A stretch of DNA of 64,000 nt from Eutreptiella sp. 'Long Island Sound 2002' (GCA_964036045.1 OZ038378.1:137144001-137208000); one strand, 5' to 3'; shown: positions 23,701 through 37,717, counted from the stretch's first letter. Notes: a model not told the origin generated them from the letters alone. Translations and numbers: made by a program.

Positions 23701-25723
23701 ACCCAATGATCACCGAAACATGTGAAAGCAGCTTGTGCCCGCAGCTTTGCGCTAACATAAGATAGTGGGCCATAGTGTCAATGTGAAGTTTGTAGTCCAA
23801 GCTGCAAGGCGTGGAAAATCCATGTGAAACGTCTAAATGGGTGAGAAGCAGCTAGGCTGAGCCGCAAAGAGGTAAAAAAAGAGTTTGAGGTAGTAAATGG
23901 ACGCAACATGTTCACATGTTTACAAAAAAAAAGAGGTATGACATTACAAATATTGCAAAGTTGGTAACGACCAAGAAATTGTAACGTGCACACTGCGAAA
24001 TCACTTTTGGACCTCAAAGCTACTCGACGCAACGGTTCATATAAGAAACATACCGTTGCACTACATTGTTTCACACAACCTTAAGCATGAATGTGGAATG
24101 CGGATTTTTGCATCTAAAACTTTAAGGGTGCAAAAATAATCGCTAACAAAAGAACAGTATTTCAGACCCACTTTTAAGGTGCTAGAAGACGAAAAAGTCT
24201 TCAAAAGGGGTGGGCAATTGGAGTGGCCTAAGGAAAGTGAGCTAGATATGATAATTAGGGTTTGTGGCTAGTCTCGGCAGCGATGGGCGGGATGGGCACC
24301 GGGGAGAGCTACTTTCAGAGCTCCCTGCTTATGCATATCGGAGGATGGTCTTTACAGCAATTTGAGATGTTTGAGTTTGATAGGGGTCAGCATTGGAGGC
24401 AGGTTCAACGCGTCCATGATAATTGTGGTGTTCGCGGTGTTTGGGTTTTGTTTTTGCAAGCAGCTAGCGGTGGGGACATTCACCCGGCAGCACAACGAAA
24501 CATTGTGGTTGCCCCTATGGGCAGGTGGCTGCGTAGCAAACGAACCTTATCCACAAATGTGCCCGGTGACGGTCACCGCTTGCGGTGGTCTCTGTATCTG
24601 CAAATAACGGATGTCAGCAAGGACGTTGGGTGAACTTGCATTGGTACAAGTGCTAGCATTAGCCGGATCTAAAATTGGTGACGTCCGGCAAGTGTCCCCA
24701 TAGCAGGGCACCCATCGGGCTTGGTCCACGAGCCCCCAGTCAACATGTGAAGTAGCAAGCATGGCGCGTTGGTTCGAATTCCTCGCCTCAAAACTAGAGG
24801 TTTTATTACTTGATTTCCTTATTTTCCCCCTGTTGAGGTAAAATTGAGCTTTTTGGACATGGTCGTAATAAGATGGGATGGAGAACCATCACGGGACGAA
24901 AAGATTAGGCAACAACAATGTCGTTGGGTGTTGATCGCCCATTGCACGTGCCTTTATGGGTTTTTCTTCTTTGCAAGAATGTCACACCCATCCGCCAGCG
25001 ATACGTCTCCCGATGCTAGTGCTTGGTGTCCACCACTGAATGAGCTTGACGGTTGGTGGACATTGATGTGCATGCCCAAAGTGGGGGCATGGAACCCCAA
25101 AACTTGCGCACGTGACGTACGGGCGACGAAGGCGCCAACAATGTTGATAAACAGGCCGTGGACGATGTACCGCAGGTGTTCCTTTTTCAAGCGCGTCGAC
25201 AAATGTGCGCGCATGGTGTCCACCACAGTTTAGCTCCGCGCTTGCTTGATCTCTCGCCATGAGTCGCCAGATGCAACAAGGAGTGCATGGAAAAAGGCCA
25301 TCTTACGGATTGCGCTGTTGAGGGTGAATCCCCGCCTTCATGTGCTAGGTCGGATTTGGGATCGGGAGGCCATCCAAGGGGTGTTGTTGTACGAGGTTGC
25401 AACCTTCCCACGGGTGGGGGGTTGAAGCAAGGGAGGGAGATGGCCCGTTCTAGCTCCACGTGCAGCACGTAGATACGGGACCACGTGACCATTAGTGACG
25501 AGATGAGACTTAGGTAGTGTTTGTTCCACGTTACAGCGGCCATAGGAAGCGCTTTCGATACTGCCATAGACCCGATTGTGGGGACGGATGGTGGCCTCTA
25601 GGGGATAGAGTTTGCGCTCTGCCATGCACTACCAAAGCAAGTTGTTGTGCACCCGCGGCGAGCTGAGATTTTGGGGACTGCGGGGTTCGTTTAAAACCAA
25701 GGTGCCCGTAGGCCCCTGTAAGT

Positions 25724-25905
25724 AGGCCCCATAGCCTGCGCACACCATCTGCCGAAAAGAACAAGTAACGGCGAACTGTTGGTAGTCCGCAAAAGCCTAT
25801 GCCGACCACCGCCGGAAAAGAGGAAGTAAGGGAGATCTCTACACAGCCCCAAAGGCCTGTACAAACCATCCGCCCAAACAGATAAGTAGGGGAGCTGTCT
25901 AAGTA
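25724..25905. repeat. Three diverged ~59-bp tandem units
   Basis: (A/G)GCCT...ACCA.C.GCC.AAA.AG..AAGTA.GG at ~25736, ~25796 and ~25854. Confidence 0.6.
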
Positions 25906-26345
25906 GGTTCCAGGTGTTTTGTTTGCAAAATCCTTCCACTGGGATGGGTGCTGTTTTTGATATGTCGCAATGTCTCCCCATTCTTCGGGATGAGGGCAGG
26001 GACAATGGATGGGAGGGCGGCTATGAGAATTAGCCGTAGCCGCTAGATTTTAGGGATCAATATGAGATGGACTCGGATTCGGATAATAAGAAAGTTTTAA
26101 ACATAATGCAATCGCCCTAGCCCCCTATTCAATCCCCCGCGCTCCACCACCAGCACAGCTGCAGCCAATGAAATTGTGGTGCCCAGTTCGCGGGCCACGC
26201 TTGTTGCGCCCCCCCCCCCCCCCCCCTGCGCCACTGGCTGTCACACTAGCACACCCCATAACCCGCCTGACATAGTACTATCACTGAAGGGACACAGTTG
26301 CCGAGTTCCCCTCGTGATCTCAAGTGCAACTCATTTGCACTGCAG

Positions 26346-26417
26346 CTTTGAGGGCTCCTGCTTCTGTGGGAAGAAGGAAATAGCGTCTGTCGGTCCTGGT
26401 TTGTCACGCGCAGTGAA
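26346..26417 (+). CDS. Candidate 72-bp host exon (FEGSCFCGKKEIASVGPGLSRAV)
   Basis: Acceptor TTTGCACTGCAG|, donor |GTACGT; only one frame is open; Cys motif SCFCG. Confidence 0.25.
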
Positions 26418-26954
26418 GTACGTGCTTGGCGCGTAATGCGGCGGGATTACTTCCTTTAGCACCAACCATCTCCATCCCAGACAAGCTACTCTTCACAGTC
26501 AAAAAACCGCACCCCGATTTCCAAGTGGGCCATCCCTCACGTAGCGTGCGGCACACCAGACGAAGCCTTTTCGCAACACTAATCCGCAACCCAAGAATTG
26601 CGATGTAGCCGAACCCCCCCGTGCACGGTCGCGGACACTCTGCCTCCCCCCCCCGCCGCAGGGAATATCGGACGCTCATGAATGTCGCCAGATGTAGAGC
26701 CAATGGCCAAAAAAAAAATCAGAACGCCCCCCTTGTGCCACGCGCCGTACCACGTATTTTGACGCATGTATTCCCCAAGGGGGTTGGCGGGGGTGCTGGA
26801 GCGACCGTGCATAGTCAGCCAGAAAGACTAAAGGCTAAGTGTGCGAGCGACACTGGGGGTGGCGGGGGTGACTATGCACCCTCTCCGGCGGTAAGGGTAG
26901 GTAGTGTGCCATGCATGTTTGCACCTTTTCTTGCACCCACCACTGGCCAAGAGG

Positions 26955-29110
26955 TTTAAAAAGCACCACGACGGAGCTCTGATTTTTGCCCATTTCGCGC
27001 GTGCTTGGTTGCTGCTGGCTGCTTGATTGTCAAACCTGTTAAGTCCACCGTAGACGCTAAAAAAAGTGATACAACCAAAACTGGTTCCACGAGCTTCGTG
27101 AACACAGACCATATCTTGGGCTACGTGTCTCAAAACGCGATTTCGATCACAACCTCATTCACCCGCAACCACCAACTTTTGCTGCTTTCGGCCCGTGAAA
27201 ATTGCGCTAACTGCTGCCTAGACCCCCGTACCTGGGCCCATTGGGCTGCGGCAAGCTGCAACTGGTAGTCCAAAGAGCGGGGTGCCAAAATGCGTCAACA
27301 AAATCCACCGGATGCAAAAAAATGACTTTTTTTCAAAAATAATACTGGACCACATGGAGTGCCAAAATAGGTGTGGTTGGCCCGTTTTGAGTTCGTGGTG
27401 GCCCGTGGTGGCCGGAAATTCCCAAAATGCCTTGAAAATGGGCTGTTGTGGGACAAAAAATGGGTAAAAATTGGTCAAACATGTGTTTTCCACATATTAT
27501 CCTGGACCATTTGGGTTGCACAAGCAAGTGAAATGAGCCCATTTTGAGCCCATTGTAAGCCAATTAGGCCCCTGTAAGGTAACAAGAATGCCTTGAAAAT
27601 GGGTTGTTTCGCGACCAAAAATGGTCAAAAATGGGTCAAAATCGGTTTTCCCAAAAACAATCCTAGACCATCGGGGGTGCAAACACAAGTGAAATGAGCG
27701 TTTTTGAGCCCATTGCAAGCCATTTTTGCCACTCCAAAATCACAAAATACCTTGATAATGGGCTCTTTTAGGACCAAAACTCACGCAGATATGGGTCCAA
27801 AATGTGTTTTTCCAAAGATACTTTTGAATTATTTGGGGTGCAAAAACATGTGAAAAGAGCCCATTTCGAGGCCATTTTGAGGAATTTAGGCCCTCTCAAG
27901 GGCGAAGGGGCCTTGAAAATAGGTCAATTTGGGACCACAAATGGCTCAAAACCGGGTCAAAACCATGGTTTTCGGAATGATCCTAGTCAATTTGTGATGC
28001 CCAAAGAGATGAATACATTTCTTTTTGAGCCCCTTCTGAGCCGCTCTCGTCCACTGACTGGTGCTTATCTCACTTGTCGTTAAAGTTTCCTAGACCATGT
28101 TCCTTCACCCACCAGCTCAGTCCCAAAATGCAATCCTGGCTAGAGTTAGGGTTAGTGCTAGGGTTAGGGTCACCGAGCTGGTGGAACTGGTCTTGGTTTT
28201 ATAACCCTTTTTAGTGTCTAGGCTGGACCTACCAGGTTTAGCAAGCAGCAAGCAAGCAAGCAGCATGCGCGAAATGGGGAAAAATCAGCACTCCGTCGTC
28301 GTGCTTCAGATTCGGGTGAAATTTTGGTGGATGCTACCTATGGGTGTGAAGTACACGGTGGCGGCCGGGAACAGCTATCGCAGGTGGCGGACCTCGTTTT
28401 CAAAAACTGCAGTTTAGGGCCAAAAACACCCATTTTGGGGGCAAAAAAGCCCTGGAACACATTCAAAACGGCCAAACGAAGGGAAACTGTGGGTACACTC
28501 CACGTGCGGCTTGATTTCACCGTGTCAACGAACTCTTTGCGGCCCTCTGACTCCATGATATGTCCCGGAAACGGCCCGAAAAGGCCCCAAAAATACCAAA
28601 TGACGACAGCCACAAACCAAGAATAAGCCATATCTTTGGCTACATGGCTCAAAATGCGATTCCAAGGGCACCTACTCCACCCGCAACCCCCCACTTTTTG
28701 TGGTTTCCACCCCTCAGAATTGCCCAAACGGACACCTAGACCCCAATACCTAGGCCCACTAGGCTGCGGCAAGCTGCAAGCTCAAGCGTAAACAGGTGGG
28801 TGCCCAAATGCGTCAACAACGTCCAGTAGGGGCAAAAAGATGACTTTTCTCAAAAATGATCCTAGACCATGTGCAACGCTAAAACAACTGTTTTTGGACC
28901 GTTTGGAGCTTGTGGTGACCATTTTGGTCCTCCAAAAATCTCGAAATGCCTTGAAAGTGGGCTGTTTTGGGACCAAAAATGGGTCAAAAATGGGTCAAAA
29001 ACGCATTTGTCCAAACCTCATCCTAGACCATTTGGGGTGCACGAACGGGCAAAATGAGCCCATTTTGAGCCCATTTTGGGGCATTTTGGCCCCTCAGAAG
29101 TCCAAAAAAG
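26955..29110. repeat. Composite dispersed repeat with ~158-bp A/T-tract tandem units
   Basis: CCT(A/G)GACCAT...GGTGCA units start near 27345, 27501, 27661, 27825, 27981 and 28860, 29021. 27100-27330 is repeated directly at 28625-28860. 26955-27050 is inverted at ~28215-28310. Confidence 0.8.
28109..28184. repeat. Mini inverted-repeat unit enclosing TTAGGG-like repeats
   Basis: CCACCAGCTCAGT...TAGAGTTAGGGTTAGTGCTAGGGTTAGGGTC...ACCGAGCTGGTGG. The same left end recurs at ~29238, followed by degenerate GGGTAG/GGGTTG repeats. Confidence 0.7.
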
Positions 29111-29899
29111 CCTTGAAAGTGGGCCTCGTGGTGCGGGGGTTCACTTGCAAGCTGATTTCACTCTGTCAAGAGCAATCAATGTGTGACTCATTCTCGATGT
29201 CCCTCAGCAGTCATAGATAATGCCCCCCCCCCCCCCCCCACCAGCTCGGTCCCAGTATTCGGTCTTGATGAGGGGCACGTTCAGGGCTATGGGTAGGGGT
29301 AGGTGTAGGACTAGGCTGAGGGTTGGGGTGGGTGTTTTTGTGCGGGTTGGGTTTCAAGAGAGTGCGCAAATGGACAAATTTTTGTGAAGGCACCTTTGGT
29401 GCCAATGGACTGTCAGGCGTCTTCGGTGCCCAGTGAGTCCTAACGGCGGCACCTTTGGTAACTAACACTTGGCCGTAGGCCACTTGTGGGTGGCATGGGG
29501 TGGGGTGGTGGTGCGGGGGGGGGGGGGGGCAGGGGTGGTTGGCGTCCTAGGACCCACGGAGTCGTCTCCCCCGTGACTTGCCTGTTGGTATGGTGTGTTT
29601 CATGGGCTGCCTCATTCGCAATATGGAGAAACCTAATGTGTTTTACATGGTTTATCTTTTTGCTATTCATACATACCGGCCTCCTACCAATTGTCCTACC
29701 TTGGTGAATTGGACCCTTTATCATGGTCGCGCTATAAATCACGTTTGTGCCCGGCAACATCCTCATGACAAGAAGTGGTGTTCTATGTGGAAAAATAGTG
29801 TCACAACTAAAGCATTTCAGATGTGTCCGTTGTACGCTTGTGACTATAAGTAGCAGAGCAGGTTACATATCCCACGTCTGGAGGAATTGGTTGCTCTGT

Positions 29900-32000
29900 G
29901 GTCCTAATAGGCACAACAAAGCTAGCATGCATTACTTATCTTTGAGACACTACTCACGACATGGTGAGAATACGCCGTGCTTCCCATCTTGTTATCACAT
30001 TTCAGGCTGTAGCCTTCCGTGGCCTGAAGGCCCTTGGGGAGCATGACCGTGACATTCACGAGTACTGCTGTAACAATATATTGCCGTTGGCGGAAGGGCT
30101 AAGGGAGGCCACCTCCGTGCCGCACGTATGCGTTAATGCATACCACGATGCGCACGCGGCCTTCATGGCGCTGTACACCCATGTGTACCATCGGCAGCAA
30201 AAATACCCCGACATTAGGTGTGCCCGTGGACACAACAAGGCTGGAGGCTACGAGTAACGGACACCCCTCCACACCCACTTTGCCTTGTTCTGTTGTAGGC
30301 TAACAGCCATCTCACTTGTTGCAAAGGCCCGTGGTGCCATCCAACTGAGGAGTGTGTATTCAAATGCACCGCGGCTCAACGAGACATGTTTAAGACGGGT
30401 ACACACGGTGATGACATCAAAAACAAACAAACCGAGCCGTTGATGCAGATTGAGAAGCAAAAAAAAATGAGTGGCCCACCACATCATCGCCCACAAAGGA
30501 AGAGCGCATAAACCGGGCGCATAACACAAAAAAGCCGATGGAAAAAGCAAAAAAGTGGCCCTTGACCACAACTGGCTGCCATGGAGAAAGAAGACTCGGA
30601 GTCAAACGACCACGCGGCCCCGCCGTGCAAGCACCCACACAACATAAAAGACAAAGCCGTTACAAAGACAAAAGACACACAGAAGCCACATAAGACGGGC
30701 AAAGAGACAGAAATGGTGCAAGGGTTGAAAGGCAACGTACAAAGCCCAAAAGAAAAGCGAGGGGAGGATGACGACCACCCAAAAGATGATGCTACCAAAT
30801 ATGTCAACATCACGGAGTAGTAGCAAGCCCTAAAAGTAATGTAACCGACAGGCATTGATGCAGCAATCCGAAGACAAATGCCCAATCCATTAACCACAGG
30901 TTTGCCTTCCACATCGTCATGTTGCTAGGCATCTGCGTTTTGTGGGATGGCACGAGGGACAGACCATCATTATCAACCACTGCTATCGGGACAAGGCTAG
31001 CTTCAAGGTGTGCATGCGGGGACACACATTAAGAGAAGTAGCCCTCAAAGGAGTGGCCATGTCCATGGAGGTGGAAGAACGCCGATGGCCCACATCACGT
31101 GCCCCATCGCTAAGGAAGAAGCCACACCACAAGCACCTACAACACCCAATTAAAGAGCCACCTGTGTTGTCAAAAATACTGCAACAAGTCTCAATGGGGC
31201 CCCGGACCGACCTGTTAATCTCAGCGGGAGAATGCCCACGCCTACTAAAAATTGTTTCTCTTTGTGGAAGATGGGCACGCAGGAACGCACAAGGGGCCTA
31301 GTCACATTTGCCATGCAAGCAAGTGAGCACATACTACAACTTTGATACAAGCGAATGCGGGCACAAGTGGGGGCAACCACACATTACCAAGGGTGCAAGC
31401 CAAAAGCGCAAATCCGTTTGGCACGTGTTTGAACGCAAAGGTGATTCCAGGAAGCATACTTTGGATGGTACGAATTGTGGCCCGGAACATTTCCTATGGG
31501 AACACCGCCGGAACAAGTTGCAAGTACTAGATAGCTAGGGTTTGTTGTTCACTGTGTCAAGGGCTCGTCTTTGTTATGAGGGCCCCGCTCGCATGTTGTG
31601 TGGGAGTAGAGCCAAATTGCACTAGGCGTATGTGTTTCGAGGTTTTGTCACCCGCGTTCACCAATGCTTGGTTTTCTAAATTCAGCTCAATGTTTCCATG
31701 TCTTTTCCATGCCAGCCATGGTTTGTTCCATGATTGCATGTTGTTGCGGTGCACGGTGTTGCTCTTTGCTATTGCATCCATTTGCACATAATCCTATGCC
31801 GTTTGTGTACGGACCGGCATGGATACCTGGAATGATCTACTATACGCCCAATTAGATCATACAAGTCAACTAGACGCGCCCATACCTTGTAGAGAGCGGG
31901 CACAAAAGGATATGAGCAAAATATAGCACATGTGTTGCATATATGCCCCATTTTGTACAGAAAAGCTTCGGTGGTGCCCTTAGGGACTCCATATTACGCT
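29900..32000 (+). mobile_element. LINE-like remnant copy A (ORF1 end, start of ORF2)
   Basis: 30400-30830 is a close inverted match to 34160-34600. Upstream parts are homologous at the protein level (HDAHAAFMAL vs HDALLAALAL). KYVNITG... resembles the start of an APE endonuclease. Confidence 0.45.
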
Positions 32001-32699
32001 AAACGAAAGTTGGCCTAGCATTTTGTATTGAAAACCTTGTCTCGTGTTGCTTGGGCAGCCCAAGCGACGCTATGGTCCTGATCAATTGACGCCTCGTCCC
32101 TTTGTTCCCTCATTGGAGACATGTACAACAAAGAGTTTTGGCACTATTATTGGCATATCTCCTTCAAATTACCCTCAATGCCCTCAAACGCAAGTATATT
32201 CGTAAGGCAGGCATCAAGGCCGATACAATAGAGCCCTTGATGTCCACTCAACTCGCCATGGATCGCGAGGTCAACTGTCGCCAAGTTCCGGAGGGAGCTT
32301 AAAATTTCGAGGCTGCTGGAACTTGGCGCTTTAAGCACCAAAATGAACGCCTTGATTCAGAGGACACCATTTTGGACCTCATATGCTGAAAACGCGAGGA
32401 GTCAACTGGCCAAGTCATCTAACTTGTCAACCGATCGCGGCGGCGGCGACTGCGGCGGCGGCGACAGGCGGGTGAAAAACAAAGATCATCTCGGTGTGCA
32501 AAGCGAGATTTAATGTAATGAAAGCACGAATCGATAGGCAATTGAATTCGTAATCGAGTCCGGCGAGTGGAAAAAAATTGCGCGCCTGCAAGCTGTTAGG
32601 TACGGCATGACAGTAGATATTCCATAATTCGGTAGGAACGATGGGTGTTCCCAAGGGTTCCAAAGAGTGTGAGGGTCCTGGGTACTACTTCACTGGCTG

Positions 32700-33400
32700 A
32701 GCCATCAGGGCACAAAGGCTGCAATGGTGGGGGCAGTCACCTTTCTTGTATTCCTCCACGAGACCGGCGTCAATGCAGTCCTACATCTCATGCTCTATCT
32801 CATCAATCTGTGCTTGGGGCGCAACATATAGGCGACGTCTCACCCGCACAACCTCGAATTTAGGCTTGACGTCCGGGTCCATCTAGACAATTTTCTTGCA
32901 AGAGAGGGGGGCGGCACGGCACCAAACACCTCCTCCTAGGTAGTTAGCAACTTCTTTAGGAGGGGGTTGAGACTCTCAACTTTTGGTTTAAGATACTCCC
33001 CAGCATGAAGGTTGCTCTTTCCTAGTTCTTGTTTCTTCATTCGGCTGGCGGTGGTTGCCGGCATCTCATCTTCCCATGACTATTGTCGCCTCTTGGGGAT
33101 AGTTCAGTGCCCGTGGGTGTTCAGGAGAGTATACCAGAAGGACATGAGGGTCAGGGGACAGGTCATACCCTCCACTAGGTTGGCTGGTTTCGATCTTTTC
33201 TTACTGGCGCCCAATACTGCCTTTTATTCCTTGTTCATATCAACCGGCTTTATGCACACTACATCGCACAAAATAACGTCAAAGAAAGGTTGTTATATCA
33301 ACCGCAAGCGGGAACGTCGTGCACCCCCCCCCCTTTTGGGCGGCATTCACATAGCATACCCCAAGGCATGATATTGGATGTCCAACCCCATGAGTGTGGC
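32700..33400 (-). pseudogene. Ty3/gypsy LTR-retrotransposon pol fragment (pre-RT and RT N-terminus)
   Basis: LLKKLLTT*EEVFGAVPPP then VKPKFEVVRVRRRLYVAPQAQIDEIEHEM*DCIDAGLVEEY...CSLC, matching the gypsy RT N-terminal pattern (PY...EI..QI..L...G.IE...SP). Confidence 0.75.
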
Positions 33401-33586
33401 GAACAAAATAATCCATTGGTGGATTTTTTTTTATTTTGAGGCAGCTATCCCCTTGGAATTGGATTCCATTTTTTTGGGGGGGGGTGCGGGGTGGAGGTCA
33501 AAAGCTTGTGGTTGGTAAGATTTCAACGAAGGTCGAATAAAAGAGGGCTTAGGGGCTGATCGGGTGGGGCAGCGATCGGCCGATCC

Positions 33587-33654
33587 TGCCGCCCGGGATT
33601 TGAACCACCGCCAGGGGTGTTTGTTGGCCTAGTGGTCGACCACTGGACCACTCA
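33587..33654 (-). other. tRNA-like head (SINE-like or pseudo-tRNA) with Pol III A and B boxes
   Basis: Minus strand TGGTCCAGTGG (A box) ... GGTTCAAATCCC (B box / T arm). No convincing anticodon arm or acceptor stem. Confidence 0.45.
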
Positions 33655-33899
33655 GTGTTCTTGCACACCTTGGGTTTGCTAGCGTTTGTATACGTAGTTC
33701 ACAACTGATAAAAGAAAGCCCAAACTGTGTGTTTCAAGTTGCCTCTGTGCCTGCCTACTTGCTCAACCGACTGCCTAACCGAATGCTTGCCTGCCTGACG
33801 AAGCGAATGCTTGCCTGCCTGACGAAGCGAGTGGCGGACTTTCGGCCCCTCTTCGAGCTGCCTTGCCGAAGGTAATAGAATTTTGCCGTGGAAATGTGC

Positions 33900-36170
33900 C
33901 CGCTGCCAGTCATTGTTGTTTGGTGCTTATGTGCGTGTCGTTAGAGGGCCTAGGTAGCGCTAAATAGGCACATGCGTTTGGTTTTTGGTCAAATGTGTTC
34001 AAATTGGGCCGTTGTTCTTTGGTTGACATCAACACGCTGTATGATCCTCCCAAATCAGTTAAACAACTTTTGAATATTACACGTCTTTGCAATCCCCTTG
34101 TTCTTCCAACTTGCTTTTCTCCCTTCGCTTTCGGCTGATCTGGTGTCTTGGGTACCATTCAGTTATACTACTTTTAGGGCTTGCTACTACCCCGTTATGT
34201 TGACATATTTGGCACTATCATCTTGTGAGTCGTTGTCATTCTCTGCTCGCTTTCCTTTTGGGCTTTGTACGTTGCCTTTCAACGAGTGCACCATTTCTTC
34301 CTCTTGGCCCATCTTATGTGGCTTCTGTGTGTCTTCTGTCTTCGGCTTTGTCTTTTATGTTTTGTGGGTGCTTGCACGGCGGAGCCGCGTGGCCGTTTGA
34401 CTTTGAGTCTTCTTTCTCCATGGCAGCGAACTGTGGCCAAGGACCACTTTTTTGCTTTTTCCGCGGGCCTTTTTGTCCTACGCACCCGGTTTATCGGGTC
34501 TTCCTTTGTGGGTGATGATGTGGTGGGCCACTCATTTTTTTTTGCATCTCAATCTGCATCAATGGCTCCTTTTTTTTCATGGAACAACTTTTGAATGTTA
34601 CATTTTTATGCCGTCTCTTTGTTCTTGCAGGTTGGTCTCTACATTTCCCTTTCGGCTCACCGGGTGTCTTTTTACAATGTGTTGTGTCCATCCTAGATGC
34701 ATGAAGTTGTCTTCTTGTAGCTTCTCCGACCACCCATTATCCTGCTCCTTTGACCACCAACCTCTTGTGCGATTGCTCGTTGGTGAGGCTGTATCCCATC
34801 GAAGGTTTTCATGTCCATCCCCACACACTTCATGGGTCTTTGGAGCTCTGTGATTTGTCCGTTGTTTAGCACCACTAGCGCCGCTGTGTATGGACGTAGG
34901 CACACTTGTTCATGGTTGAGCGCCAGGGCTGCTAGTAACGCGTCATGGAGTACATCATGGGGAATGGTGTATTTGCTATCATTGTGACAACTTGTCAATC
35001 TTTGCCGTCCACTGAGCATTAACAAATAGATTCTTTCCTTTGTTGTGTTACTATGTCGCCTCATTGTGCGAACGACACCACTGTTACGACTTTGGCAACT
35101 TGCCTAGAAAGCCGGTACCGATGGCATGGGAATCTATGGTTGCAGCTGTGGCATGGAGTGCATGTTGTGGGCGTCATGCACTGCACACTCACATTGTAGC
35201 TGCCATGTGTGGTGTCACCATGCACCCTTGTTGCCCCCCTCTTCTTGCACCGAACATTTGCCACCCGCTTGGTCCCAAGACAAACCCGTTAGTAAGGATA
35301 CCTATACTGTGCTACAACCCGGTACACGCACACACGGGGCAACATGCACTACGCTATCCTCAAGATGCCACAAGCGGGGCCCGTTTTCAAACTCATGCCG
35401 TGTGACATTGCAGGGTAGGACCATTCGCCCCCCTTGACAACAAATCCCTTTGACCAAGGGGAGGGGGGAAGGGGTCAGTAGACCCTTCGGTATATACCAA
35501 TACAAAGAAAAATTTGTGCTCTCGAAGGGTTGAGGCTTTGGGTTGGGGCGCCATGTTTTGTCTCTGGCGTTGATTGCCATCCCCATTATTTTGCCCACAC
35601 TGCTATCATAGATTCTTGAGTCCACTCATGGCTGGCTGTCATGGCGGTCTCTAACCGCTTGGCGGGTATTAGGGCACCATCTCCTTCTCATCTTGTCTTG
35701 TCGGCGCATTTCCCGGTGTTGCCATCGCGCCACTTTCACTCATCTCAGCATTGCACGCCCACGTTGAGGTGACAACGTTCTCGTCACTGGATCGCCATCA
35801 TCCGCTTCGGCGTCCGGAGTAACTTGAGGCGACTGTTGCAAGTTTGTTGCTTGGTGGATGGGTGCACATATGCATGTGTGTTTGAGTGGTTTGCACCTCG
35901 GGTATGGGGCAGGTCTTAGGGGTTGCTTCATGAGGCAGGTCTTGCTTGCTGTGTTGCCGGGCTCATGTCTCTGATCTTTGTGGACGGCGGCACTGCTAGA
36001 TGTGGTGCTAGGTTTATTGCCCCAACCTTGCATGGTATATTTTTTTGTTTGCCTTTGAGTTGTTATGCGCATTGTGTGTGTGCTGGTGGTTTGGTCATTT
36101 CTTTTCTTCACTTCTTGAGTGCCATGTGAATCTTGCGTATCGGATGAGGCCCCCAAAGATCCCTTGCAGA
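33900..36170 (-). mobile_element. LINE-like remnant copy B, inverted relative to copy A
   Basis: Shares the 34160-34600 block with 30400-30830 and the ORF1-like similarity upstream of it. Confidence 0.45.
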
Positions 36171-36174
36171 GAAA

Positions 36175-37280
<1,106 letters not shown>

Positions 37281-37555
37281 ACAATTAGCACACCAAACAA
37301 CAGCAATCTACAACAACCACACTATTGGGCACCCATGTGATAGCCCATGTACCCAAATTGCAACCCCAACGTGTGTGCCCGCAGTCCCGACTTATGGGTG
37401 CTTTAGGTTTGGACCCCGGGGGGGGGGGGGGGTCTTCCTGTAAAAAAAGGTCTTTTCCAAAGCATATCTGCCCTGCAGGCACCGCAAAAAATGATACGCC
37501 CTTAAGCTTGGAAGCCAGCAGAACGTGCATCAGCTGAAGCACTTGCATTACTATT

Positions 37556-37717
37556 TCAGGCATCATGGTACTCTACAAAGCGGATGGGCCGCTCTTTGCG
37601 AGTCTCTGTGTTGTATTGAATCATACGCTCGAAGTCAAACTCATAGTCACGGCCACACATCTGAAGCGTTGCACGCGGCTTGCCCTCCCGCACCACCGCC
37701 ATAACCTCCTCTTGAAA
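37556..37717 (-). CDS. Terminal exon of a host gene encoding a C-terminal WWE domain
   Basis: Acceptor TTCTTGCTTCTGCAG| followed by FQEEVMAVVREGKPRATLQMCGRDYEFDFERMIQYNTETRKERPIRFVEYHDA*. Matches the WWE consensus G..Y.IDF..M.Q.N..T...R.IR. Confidence 0.8.
   Translation of the reverse strand, partial: FQEEVMAVVREGKPRATLQMCGRDYEFDFERMIQYNTETRKERPIRFVEYHDA

Noticed and set aside
24950-25330. hAT dimerisation-domain remnant (LSTRLKKEHLRYIV)
   Set aside because: The similarity is too weak to support a call without an HMM search.
28141-28170. True telomere or chromosome end
   Set aside because: Only a few imperfect TTAGGG units, internal and enclosed by a small inverted repeat.
34115-34150. Hammerhead-like CAGAUCA-GCCGAAAGC-GAAG on the minus strand
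   Set aside because: Several core mismatches, not conserved in the homologous copy at ~30850, and it lies in apparent coding sequence.
34693-35064. DMKTFDGIQPH as a Penelope RT motif
   Set aside because: The segment is homologous to the ORF1-like region of LINE copy A, and no other RT motifs accompany it.
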